A DNA stretch of 46,723 nucleotides from a virus (taxonomy: Duplodnaviria > Heunggongvirae > Uroviricota > Caudoviricetes). Under the pieces are notes generated by a model. It was not told where the DNA came from. It made no database searches and saw only the letters and a list, made by a program, of their open reading frames with translations. The DNA lies in IMG/VR virus record IMGVR_UViG_647533159_000003. One strand, given 5' to 3'. The position numbers were made by a program, and so were the translations under genes. Of the stretch, positions 17,957 through 25,999 are shown in pieces (the stretch's first letter is position 1; each line of letters starts with the position of its first letter).

Positions 17957-17982
17957 GGCTACGCATTTGCGTGGCCTTTTTT
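17957..17982 (+). terminator. Rho-independent terminator after the cargo gene
   Basis: Imperfect hairpin GGCTACGC/GCGTGGCC followed by TTTTTT. Confidence 0.6.
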
Positions 17983-18118
17983 GTATCCGCGCCACGCCCG
18001 GCGCACATCAAAAACCACAGAGCCTTTCAGGGGTGAGCTTACGGGATGGTCAGTGTGACTTTCTCTGTGGGCTGGTCACCCCCGGGCGCAGGCTCACCCA
18101 CTAAAAGGAAAAGTCACG

Positions 18119-18544
18119 ATGTTTGGTATTTTCAAAAAGAAAACCCGCAAGGCCATTACTGAAGTAAAGAAAATGGAGAACCGCGACGCAGTGGAGGCGA
18201 CCGTCTGGGGTGCGTATTCCATCGCATTCGCCGACGGCACCTGTGATGCGAAAGAAATCGCGGTGCTGGAGAAAACCATTGCAGCACTTCCTGCTTTTGC
18301 GCCGTTCTCCGGTGAGATTGCACAAATGAGTGCAAATATCCGCGCCCGTTATGAAGCGTCGCCGCGTTCTGCCAATGCCGAAGCTCTTCGTCAGCTGGCT
18401 GATGTTGCCGGTACTGATGATGCAGTTAATGTGCTGTGCCTGTGTCTGGATATCGCTGACCAGGATGGCATTGGTCCGGATGAAGAAGCACAGCTCAAGA
18501 AAATTGCTCAGGCGCTGCAGTTGCCGCTGGAGCAGTACCTGTGA
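18119..18544 (+). CDS. TerB-like (tellurite-resistance TerB domain) protein
   Basis: 141 aa; two repeats of the pattern I(A)xADGxxDxxE...L (SIAFADGTCDAKEIAVLEK...; LDIADQDGIGPDEEAQLKK). Confidence 0.55.
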   Translation: MFGIFKKKTRKAITEVKKMENRDAVEATVWGAYSIAFADGTCDAKEIAVLEKTIAALPAFAPFSGEIAQMSANIRARYEASPRSANAEALRQLADVAGTDDAVNVLCLCLDIADQDGIGPDEEAQLKKIAQALQLPLEQYL

Positions 18545-18693
18545 AAAGTGCGCGCCTTGTGTTGGCTGCCATCCTGCTGTTTCTGGTGGTGGCGGTGGAT
18601 TTCACCGGACGGCTGATGTCGGTGCTGGCAGATGGTGTGCTGGTGGCGATGGCGCTGGTTGTGCTCCGGCCTTTACTGCGCAAATCTGAATAA
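18541..18693 (+). CDS. Putative 50-aa two-TM membrane peptide coupled to the TerB-like gene
   Basis: GTG 18541 overlaps the TerB stop (CTGTGA); VKSARLVLAAILLFLVVAVDFTGRLMSVLADGVLVAMALVVLRPLLRKSE. Confidence 0.3.
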   Translation: MKSARLVLAAILLFLVVAVDFTGRLMSVLADGVLVAMALVVLRPLLRKSE

Positions 18694-18741
18694 CATCACA
18701 CAAAAGGCATCTGCGGGTGCCTTTGACGGGGTGTTTTTTAC

Positions 18742-18763
18742 GGGCCGCTGGTGGCCCTTTTTT
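18742..18763 (+). terminator. Rho-independent terminator closing the TerB-like cassette
   Basis: GGGCC-gctggt-GGCCC followed by TTTTTT. Confidence 0.65.
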
Positions 18764-18783
18764 ATTTACAGGAGAAAAAAAGT

Positions 18784-19176
18784 ATGTCTGAACCCTTATC
18801 CGGTTCCGGCACGGCTGCGGCGCTCGGCGGGGCGACGGTATTCGGGCTGTTTACCGGAACGGATTTCGGGATTGTGTTTGGTGCGTTCGCCGGGGCGTTA
18901 TTTGTGGCAACAATTCCGCAGGCGCTTTCAGCCTGGCGTGTGGCGGCGCATTTTCTGGTGTCGTTCATTATCGGCGTGCTGGGGGCAGAGGTTCTGGCAT
19001 CCTGGCTGGTAAAGCACACAGGGTTTGACGGTGCACCTGTCGACGCATTGTGTGCAGTACTGGTGTCAGTGGTGTCGGTGAAGATTCTCTCGTTCATCCA
19101 CCAGCAGGATATTGCATCACTGGTGTCCGGCCTGTTCTCCCGCCTGCGGGGTGGAGGAGGCGGCAATGTTAAGTAA
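18784..19176 (+). CDS. Putative holin (Gly-rich multi-TM membrane protein)
   Basis: AGGAG SD; three hydrophobic segments; directly upstream of the endolysin block. Confidence 0.5.
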   Translation: MSEPLSGSGTAAALGGATVFGLFTGTDFGIVFGAFAGALFVATIPQALSAWRVAAHFLVSFIIGVLGAEVLASWLVKHTGFDGAPVDALCAVLVSVVSVKILSFIHQQDIASLVSGLFSRLRGGGGGNVK

Positions 19177-19441
19177 CCTTCCCGGATTACTGAATGTGGC
19201 GTTATGCACGGTTATCGTGCTGACGCTCTTTTTTTATCGTCGTCGTGACTCCAGACACAAACCGCTGATGTCATGGCTGGCCTGGCTGCTGATGCTGCTT
19301 TATGCCTTTGCGCCCCTCAGCTATCTGTGTGGTCGCCCGTTAGCGGCGAACTGGCTGGCGGTGGGGCTTAATCTGCTGTTCTGCGTGCTGGTGATACGTG
19401 CACGCGGGAACGTTTCAAAAATTCTTTCATTCCGGAGGTGA
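19166..19441 (+). CDS. Putative second holin/antiholin-type membrane protein
   Basis: GGAGGAGG SD; overlaps the preceding ORF by 11 nt; 2-3 TM segments. Confidence 0.45.
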   Translation: MLSNLPGLLNVALCTVIVLTLFFYRRRDSRHKPLMSWLAWLLMLLYAFAPLSYLCGRPLAANWLAVGLNLLFCVLVIRARGNVSKILSFRR

Positions 19442-19443
19442 GT

Positions 19444-19821
19444 ATGTCGGGTAAATTCAGATTCAGCCGTCGCAGTGAAAAAAATCTGGAGGGCGTTAAA
19501 CCACAGCTGGTTGCTGTAGTTCGCCGTGCGCTGGAGCTGACGGAGGTTGATTTCGGTATTACGGAAGGGCTGCGCACGAAAGAACGCCAGAAACAGCTGG
19601 TTGCAGAAGGTAAGAGCCGGACCATGAACAGCCGCCACCTGACCGGTGATGCGGTGGATGTTGTGGCCTACATTGGCAGCCAGGTGTCATGGGACTGGCC
19701 TCTGTACGAGAAAATCGCGCAGGCATTTAAGCAGGCTGCCGCAGAGCTGGGAACTGCCATCGAATGGGGCGGGGACTGGAAAACACTGAAAGACGGGCCT
19801 CACTTTCAGTTGAAACGCTGA
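19444..19821 (+). CDS. Endolysin, peptidase M15 family (L-alanyl-D-glutamate peptidase, T5 Lys-like)
   Basis: GGAGG SD 5 nt before ATG 19444; zinc-site-like HLTGDAVD and DGPHF; N-terminus resembles T5 endolysin. Confidence 0.8.
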   Translation: MSGKFRFSRRSEKNLEGVKPQLVAVVRRALELTEVDFGITEGLRTKERQKQLVAEGKSRTMNSRHLTGDAVDVVAYIGSQVSWDWPLYEKIAQAFKQAAAELGTAIEWGGDWKTLKDGPHFQLKR

Positions 19822-19853
19822 TAACCAGGTGTGTTATGAGCAGAAAACACTGG
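19752..19853 (+). repeat. 102-bp direct repeat, copy A (endolysin 3' end plus first 18 nt of the next gene)
   Basis: Identical to 20418-20519. Confidence 0.95.
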
Positions 19854-20417
19854 NNNNNNNNNNNNNNNNNNNNNNNNNNNNNNNNNNNNNNNNNNNNNNN
19901 NNNNNNNNNNNNNNNNNNNNNNNNNNNNNNNNNNNNNNNNNNNNNNNNNNNNNNNNNNNNNNNNNNNNNNNNNNNNNNNNNNNNNNNNNNNNNNNNNNNN
20001 NNNNNNNNNNNNNNNNNNNNNNNNNNNNNNNNNNNNNNNNNNNNNNNNNNNNNNNNNNNNNNNNNNNNNNNNNNNNNNNNNNNNNNNNNNNNNNNNNNNN
20101 NNNNNNNNNNNNNNNNNNNNNNNNNNNNNNNNNNNNNNNNNNNNNNNNNNNNNNNNNNNNNNNNNNNNNNNNNNNNNNNNNNNNNNNNNNNNNNNNNNNN
20201 NNNNNNNNNNNNNNNNNNNNNNNNNNNNNNNNNNNNNNNNNNNNNNNNNNNNNNNNNNNNNNNNNNNNNNNNNNNNNNNNNNNNNNNNNNNNNNNNNNNN
20301 NNNNNNNNNNNNNNNNNNNNNNNNNNNNNNNNNNNNNNNNNNNNNNNNNNNNNNNNNNNNNNNNNNNNNNNNNNNNNNNNNNNNNNNNNNNNNNNNNNNN
20401 NNNNNNNNNNNNNNNNN
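19854..20417. other. Run of 564 N flanked by identical 102-bp sequence
   Basis: n characters; flanks are exact duplicates, suggesting an unresolved contig join or a masked insertion. Confidence 0.99.
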
Positions 20418-20519
20418 AACTGCCATCGAATGGGGCGGGGACTGGAAAACACTGAAAGACGGGCCTCACTTTCAGTTGAAACGCTGATAACCAGGTGTGT
20501 TATGAGCAGAAAACACTGG
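20418..20519 (+). repeat. 102-bp direct repeat, copy B
   Basis: Identical to 19752-19853. Confidence 0.95.
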
Positions 20520-20684
20520 ACACACAGAATGCCGCGAACGGCGGCGAAATGGGCACTGGTAGTGATACTGGTGCCTTTTTTATTGGTGGGATGCGTCAGC
20601 CTGGATAAGGCGCGCCAGCTTTTCGATACGGCTTCTCAGGTCTGCCAGCTTATCGATGGCGTTCGGCAGTGTCTGCAGAACTGA
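20502..20684 (+). CDS. Small putative lipoprotein (60 aa; signal peptide plus lipobox LLVGC)
   Basis: AGGTG SD; MSRKHWTHRMPRTAAKWALVVILVPFLLVGCVSL...; not proline-rich, so not a typical Rz1. Confidence 0.45.
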   Translation: MSRKHWTHRMPRTAAKWALVVILVPFLLVGCVSLDKARQLFDTASQVCQLIDGVRQCLQN

Positions 20685-20855
20685 TCGCCTGTAAGAGCAG
20701 AATATTTTGCTGAAAAATGAAGGGTGCGCCAGCGTCCGGAAAGCATGAAATTCTGTGTTTGTGGCTACTCAATAAAATAAATTCTTTCTGTCGCCGCGAA
20801 TACTCAAATGTTGATCAGTGCCCGGTGCGGCGACGGGCTTCGATATCAGGAGACG

Positions 20856-21155
20856 ATGATGGAAAAAACAGAAAACAAACCGATTGTAATTGGTGCTGAT
20901 GCTGCTCCGTTTAAGTTTGAGTTGTCTCAACTGGTGGAGATGCGCATCAGTGATGAATGGGGTGAGGTTAAAGCCCGCGCGCAGTATGCGTATGGCGAAA
21001 ACCAGTACTTGATCCACTACAAAGCAGCTGATGGTCGCGCCACGACGGAGTGGTTTGGTGAGTCAATGCTGGAAGCAACAGAAGATGATCGCCATCCGGG
21101 CTGTCCGGTATTTGCCGGTATGAAATTACCGGAAGGCGCAGTTGTTACTGAGTAA
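20856..21155 (+). CDS. Hypothetical protein (about 99 aa)
   Basis: AGGAG SD before tandem ATGs 20856/20859; followed by a hairpin region. Confidence 0.5.
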   Translation: MMEKTENKPIVIGADAAPFKFELSQLVEMRISDEWGEVKARAQYAYGENQYLIHYKAADGRATTEWFGESMLEATEDDRHPGCPVFAGMKLPEGAVVTE

Positions 21156-21253
21156 CAGGCATTACAGCAGCCCTTCAGTGAGGGGCTGCGATAATGCTTG
21201 TTGTAATTAGTTAATAAGAAATGAAAATGCGCCCTGACAAGGGCGCAAAGGCA

Positions 21254-21451
21254 TTACGGATATGGATCTTCTTTTGCATCACCCTGGCCGCTTAAAGCAG
21301 TCCATGAGTTTTTCGTATGCTCCTTAACGTTTCTGTTTGGGCAAGGTGGGAGGGATGTATTGGAGGATTTTGTAAAAGTGTATCCGCAATCATCACAGGA
21401 GTACGTCCCAGAAGATGTATCACTTCCATATGGAATGCCTGTTTTTTTCAT
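21254..21451 (-). CDS. Small Cys-containing hypothetical protein (65 aa, possible zinc ribbon)
   Basis: AGGA SD on the minus strand; CDDCG...CP pattern; hairpin plus T-rich tract downstream. Confidence 0.4.
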   Translation of the reverse strand: MKKTGIPYGSDTSSGTYSCDDCGYTFTKSSNTSLPPCPNRNVKEHTKNSWTALSGQGDAKEDPYP

Positions 21452-21644
21452 AAAAATATCCTGATTAAAACATCACAACATTGTGACCATACGAACATTG
21501 TGGTTTTGTGCGCGTATTTCAATATTGCTTTATTGATATGTGTGTGATTTACCTCACGTTTTACGGGTCCTTTCCAGAATCTGAAACACCGAGGGTCATA
21601 GCACGCGCAAAAACGCGCTATTTATGAAAATTTTTCAGGAAAAA

Positions 21645-21757
21645 GCATGTCGGTACTTCTCGCGCATAACTATTTGTTTTTTCTGACATCACATCAGTAA
21701 AAGGTCCGACATGAAAACACCCGAAAAAGGGCATTTTAAGCGTTTTCATGTCGGACC
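21645..21757. promoter_or_regulatory. cosB-like region: three copies of a 12-16 bp element, two forming a perfect 16-bp inverted repeat
   Basis: ggtccgacatgaaaac (21703-21718) and its exact reverse complement (21742-21757), plus partial copy gcatgtcggtac (21645-21656); just upstream of the small terminase gene. Confidence 0.5.
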
Positions 21758-21781
21758 CTGTATTTGATAGAGAAATGTATT

Positions 21782-22330
21782 GTGAAAGTTAACAAAAAGA
21801 AACTTGCTGAAATTTTCAACGTGGATCCGCGAACGATTGAACGCTGGCAGTCTCAGGGGCTATCTTGCGTCTCCGGAGGTAGCAAGGGTGTTGAATCGGT
21901 GTTTGATACCGCGATGGCAATTCAGTGGTACGCGCAGAGAGAAACTGATATCGAAAACGAAAAGCTCCGCAAAGAACTGGAAGATTTGCGTGCGGCTGCA
22001 GAATCAGATTTACAACCCGGCACCATTGACTATGAACGCTACCGGCTCACCAAAGCACAGGCTGACGCACAGGAGCTGAAAAATGCCCGTGAAGAAGGGC
22101 TGGTGCTGGAAACGGAATTGTTTACCTTCATTCTGCAACGTGTGGCACAGGAGATTTCGGGGATACTTGTACGTGTGCCGCTGACATTACAGCGTAAATA
22201 TCCGGATATTTCACCATCACACCTTGATGTGGTGAAAACTGAAATCGCGAAAGCCTCCAATGTTGCAGCTAAAGCCGGTGAAAACGTGGGCAGGTGGATT
22301 GATGATTTCAGACGCACAGAAGGCAGCTAA
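21782..22330 (+). CDS. Terminase small subunit (lambda Nu1-like)
   Basis: From GTG 21782: [12 protein letters not shown]...[46 protein letters not shown], closely resembling lambda Nu1. Confidence 0.85.
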   Translation: MKVNKKKLAEIFNVDPRTIERWQSQGLSCVSGGSKGVESVFDTAMAIQWYAQRETDIENEKLRKELEDLRAAAESDLQPGTIDYERYRLTKAQADAQELKNAREEGLVLETELFTFILQRVAQEISGILVRVPLTLQRKYPDISPSHLDVVKTEIAKASNVAAKAGENVGRWIDDFRRTEGS

Positions 22331-24218
22331 TGCAGCCGGTGCGATAGCTACAGGGCTTTTATCTCTCAATATTCCGGTTCCACTGACGACGGTTCAGTGG
22401 GCTGATCAACATTATTATCTGCCGAAAGAATCTTCATACACTCCCGGACAATGGGAAACCCTGCCGTTTCAGGTTGCCATTATGAACAGCATGGGAAATG
22501 ACCGGATCCGCACCGTTAATCTGATTAAATCGGCGCGCGTTGGTTACACCAAAATGCTGTTGGGGGTGGAGGCTTATTTTATTGAGCATAAATCCCGTAA
22601 CAGTCTGCTTTTTCAGCCAACAGATTCTGCGGCAGAAGATTTCATGAAATCTCATGTTGAGCCAACGATCAGGGATGTCCCTGCATTGCTGGAGCTGGCT
22701 CCATGGTTCGGAAGAAAGCACCGCGATAATACACTCACCCTGAAGCGTTTTTCCTCCGGCGTGGGGTTCTGGTGCCTGGGCGGTGCCGCAGCTAAAAACT
22801 ACCGTGAAAAATCTGTGGATGTGGTCTGCTATGACGAACTCTCCTCGTTTGAACCGGATGTGGAAAAAGAAGGCTCGCCGACGCTGCTTGGCGATAAACG
22901 TATCGAAGGCTCGGTATGGCCTAAATCCATACGTGGCTCAACGCCGAAAATTAAAGGCTCCTGTCAGATTGAGAAAGCCGCGAATGAATCTGCGCATTTC
23001 ATGCGGTTTTATGTCCCTTGCCCTCATTGCGGGGAGGCCCAGTATCTGAAGTTTGGCGATGATGCGACGCCGTCTGGCCTGAAATGGGAGAAGGGTAAAC
23101 CGGAAACGGTGTATTACCTGTGTGAACATAATGGCTGTGTGATCCGGCAGTCGGAACTTGACCAGACCGACGGACGCTGGATTTGTGACAATACCGGGAT
23201 GTGGACGCGCGACGGCCTGGCATTTTACAGCGCCGGTGATGAGGAGATACCGCCACCGCGCTCAATCACGTACCACGTGTGGACAGCGTACAGTCCGTTC
23301 ACCACCTGGGTGCAGATTGTCTACGACTGGCTGGATGCGCTGAAGGATCCGAACGGCGTCAAGACGTTTATTAACACCACGCTCGGGGAGCCCTATGAAG
23401 AGGCTGTGGCAGAAAAGCTGAGTTTTGAGTTGTTACTGGAAAAGGTCTGCCACTATGGTGCGCAGGTTCCCCTGCGGGTGGTTTACCTGACCGCAGGGAT
23501 CGACTCCCAGAAAGATCGCTATGAAATTTATGTCTGGGGCTGGGCTCCCGGCGAAGAAGCCTTTCTGATTGATAAGCAAATTATCATGGGGCGACCGGAA
23601 GACGAGGACACCCTTAAACGTGTTGATACGGTGATCCGGAAAAAATATCGTCATGCTGACGGTACTGAAATTTCCATTTCCCGTGTCTGCTGGGATACCG
23701 GTGGTATCGACCAGGACATTGTGTATCAGCGTTCCAGGAAACACGGCACTTTTTTTGTGCTTCCCATAAAAGGGGCATCGGTGTACGGCAAGCCGGTGAT
23801 CACCATGCCCAAAAAGCGCAACCAGCGTGGTGTGTTTTTGTGTGAGGTGGGCTCCGATACCGTCAAGGAAATGCTGTACGCCCGTTTTGCCCTGCCAGTG
23901 GTCTCTGCCAGTGAAGCCGCCCCGTACACCTTCCGTTTTCCGGATAACCCCGACATTTTTTCGGAAGAAGAGGCGCGTCAGATCGTGGCGGAAGAGCTGG
24001 TGGAGAAGGTGGTTAATGGCAGGGTGAAACTGCTGTGGGATAAAAAAGGACGACGCAACGAAGCCCTCGACTGCCTGGTATATGCCTATGCTGCCCTGCG
24101 TATTTCAGTTCAGCGGTGGCAGCTGGATCTTGAAGCACTGGCCCGTGCCAGAAGAGATGAGCAGGACGACGATGAGATGAGTCTGGAAGAAATCGCGGCT
24201 GCACTGAGTGGAGGATAA
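22302..24218 (+). CDS. Terminase large subunit (lambda A-like)
   Basis: AGGTGGA SD then ATG 22302; collinear similarity to lambda gpA ([12 protein letters not shown]..., ...[19 protein letters not shown]...). Confidence 0.9.
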   Translation: MISDAQKAANAAGAIATGLLSLNIPVPLTTVQWADQHYYLPKESSYTPGQWETLPFQVAIMNSMGNDRIRTVNLIKSARVGYTKMLLGVEAYFIEHKSRNSLLFQPTDSAAEDFMKSHVEPTIRDVPALLELAPWFGRKHRDNTLTLKRFSSGVGFWCLGGAAAKNYREKSVDVVCYDELSSFEPDVEKEGSPTLLGDKRIEGSVWPKSIRGSTPKIKGSCQIEKAANESAHFMRFYVPCPHCGEAQYLKFGDDATPSGLKWEKGKPETVYYLCEHNGCVIRQSELDQTDGRWICDNTGMWTRDGLAFYSAGDEEIPPPRSITYHVWTAYSPFTTWVQIVYDWLDALKDPNGVKTFINTTLGEPYEEAVAEKLSFELLLEKVCHYGAQVPLRVVYLTAGIDSQKDRYEIYVWGWAPGEEAFLIDKQIIMGRPEDEDTLKRVDTVIRKKYRHADGTEISISRVCWDTGGIDQDIVYQRSRKHGTFFVLPIKGASVYGKPVITMPKKRNQRGVFLCEVGSDTVKEMLYARFALPVVSASEAAPYTFRFPDNPDIFSEEEARQIVAEELVEKVVNGRVKLLWDKKGRRNEALDCLVYAYAALRISVQRWQLDLEALARARRDEQDDDEMSLEEIAAALSGG

Positions 24219-24221
24219 AGA

Positions 24222-24431
24222 ATGGTTTATACGCATGAAATGCTTTGTGATGCCCGTCGGGCATTACATGAACTGATGATCGGACGTGCTGTGGTTTCCG
24301 TCAGCAAGGACGGGCGTCAGGTTCAGTATTCGCGGGCGACGATTGGTGAACTGCGTCAGTATATTGAAGAGCTGGAAAGTGCGCTGGGTGTATCCGGACG
24401 GCGTCGCGGCCCGGCAGGAGTGGGGCTGTGA
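24222..24431 (+). CDS. Head-tail joining protein (lambda W-like)
   Basis: 69 aa; ...DARRALHELMIGR...RRRGPAG resembles lambda gpW; GGAGG SD. Confidence 0.8.
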   Translation: MVYTHEMLCDARRALHELMIGRAVVSVSKDGRQVQYSRATIGELRQYIEELESALGVSGRRRGPAGVGL

Positions 24432-25999
24432 ACGGGGAACTGGTGGATCTTCACGGGCAGCCACTGCGGCAGAGTATGGGGTATTCCGGAGGGGGTACCG
24501 GATTTGGCGGGCAGCTTGCGGAATGGCTGCCTGCACCGGAAAGTGCCGACGTGGCGCTCTTACCTTCCATTCAGCTGGGTAACGCCCGTGCGGATGATCT
24601 GGTCCGCAATAACGGTATTGCCGCAAACGCCGTTGAAATTCATAAAGACCATATCGTCGGACACATGTTTCGTCTGAGTTACCGGCCCAACTGGCGCTGG
24701 CTGGGGATGTCGGAAGCCGATTCACATGTCTTTATTGAAGATGTTGAGGCAGCGTGGATGGAATTCTGCGATCCGGTGTTTGGTTCGATGGATGTGGAGG
24801 GGCGTCGCTCGTTTACCGAATTTATTCGTGAAGGGGTGGGCGTTCATACATTTAACGGTGAAATTTTTGTCCAGCCCGTATGGGATACGGAATCCACGTC
24901 ATTATTCCGGACGAAATTCAAGACCATCAGCCCGAAACGTGTCAGTACACCCGGTTATGGTACCGGCGATCGTTTTATGCGTGCCGGGGTGGAAATCAAC
25001 CGGTACGGAAAAGCACTGGCCTACCATGTTCAGGAAGATGACTGGCCCGGTTACGGTGTCAGCAACTGGACGCGGATTGCGGCGACGCTGCCCTCCGGGC
25101 GACCGGGAATGATCCATGTGTTTCAGCCGCAGGAGGACGGGCAGACGCGCGGGGCCAACCAGTTTTATTCTGTCATGGAGCGTCTCAAGATGCTCGACAC
25201 ACTGCAGGCCACGCAACTGCAGTCGGCGGTGGTGCGGGCGATGTATGCCGCGACGATTGAATCCACGCTGGATTCGGAAAAAGCATTTGAATATATCGCC
25301 GGGGTGGGAGATGGCGGTAAAAATCCCCTGAACACCATCATGAAAGGCTACGCGCGTTATTACGCCACCAATACGGTAAAGCTGGGTGGGGTCCGTATTC
25401 CGCATCTTTATCCGGGGGATTCACTGAATCTGCAGACAGCGCAGAATGCAGATAATGGTTTCTCTGAACTGGAAAAGGCGCTGTTACGTTACATCGCTGC
25501 CGGACTGGGGGTGTCCTATGAACAGCTTTCCCGTGATTATTCACAGGTCAGTTATTCCAGTGCCAGGGCATCCGCCAATGAGTCGTGGCGGTATTTTATG
25601 GGCAAACGAAAATTTGTGGCCAGTCGACTGGCATCACAGATGTTTGCCTGCTGGCTGGAGGAAGCCCTTATTCGCGGTGTGATCCGCCCGCCGAAATCCC
25701 GTTTTTCATTCTGGGAGGCCCGTTCCGGATGGTGTCGTGCCGAGTGGATTGGTGCCGGTCGCATGGCGATTGATGGCCTTAAGGAAGTGCAGGAAGCGGT
25801 GATGCGTATTGAAGGTGGTTTAAGCACGTACGAGAAAGAGCTGGCCCTGATGGGCGATGACTATCAGGAGATTTTCCGTCAGCAACTGCGTGAAAGCCAG
25901 GAGCGACAGGCAGCGGGTCTTCCCCGCCCCATCTGGATTAAGGACACGTTTCAGCAGCAGATCCGACAGACAACGGGAGAAAAAGGCGATGCGTCGTAA
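24428..25999 (+). CDS. Portal protein (lambda B-like)
   Basis: 523 aa; ...GGGTGFGGQL...NARADDLVRNNG...WDTGGID... similar to lambda gpB; start overlaps the W stop. Confidence 0.9.
   Translation: MNGELVDLHGQPLRQSMGYSGGGTGFGGQLAEWLPAPESADVALLPSIQLGNARADDLVRNNGIAANAVEIHKDHIVGHMFRLSYRPNWRWLGMSEADSHVFIEDVEAAWMEFCDPVFGSMDVEGRRSFTEFIREGVGVHTFNGEIFVQPVWDTESTSLFRTKFKTISPKRVSTPGYGTGDRFMRAGVEINRYGKALAYHVQEDDWPGYGVSNWTRIAATLPSGRPGMIHVFQPQEDGQTRGANQFYSVMERLKMLDTLQATQLQSAVVRAMYAATIESTLDSEKAFEYIAGVGDGGKNPLNTIMKGYARYYATNTVKLGGVRIPHLYPGDSLNLQTAQNADNGFSELEKALLRYIAAGLGVSYEQLSRDYSQVSYSSARASANESWRYFMGKRKFVASRLASQMFACWLEEALIRGVIRPPKSRFSFWEARSGWCRAEWIGAGRMAIDGLKEVQEAVMRIEGGLSTYEKELALMGDDYQEIFRQQLRESQERQAAGLPRPIWIKDTFQQQIRQTTGEKGDAS

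Noticed and set aside
18330-19012. ORFs 18330-18689 and 18632-19012 (119 and 126 aa)
   Set aside because: Alternative frames across a GC-rich region, Arg/Cys/Trp-rich with no RBS; they overlap better-supported genes.
19727-20684. ORFs spanning the second N run on both strands
   Set aside because: Artefacts of N translation; the flanks are duplicated sequence, so genes were called once on unambiguous sequence.
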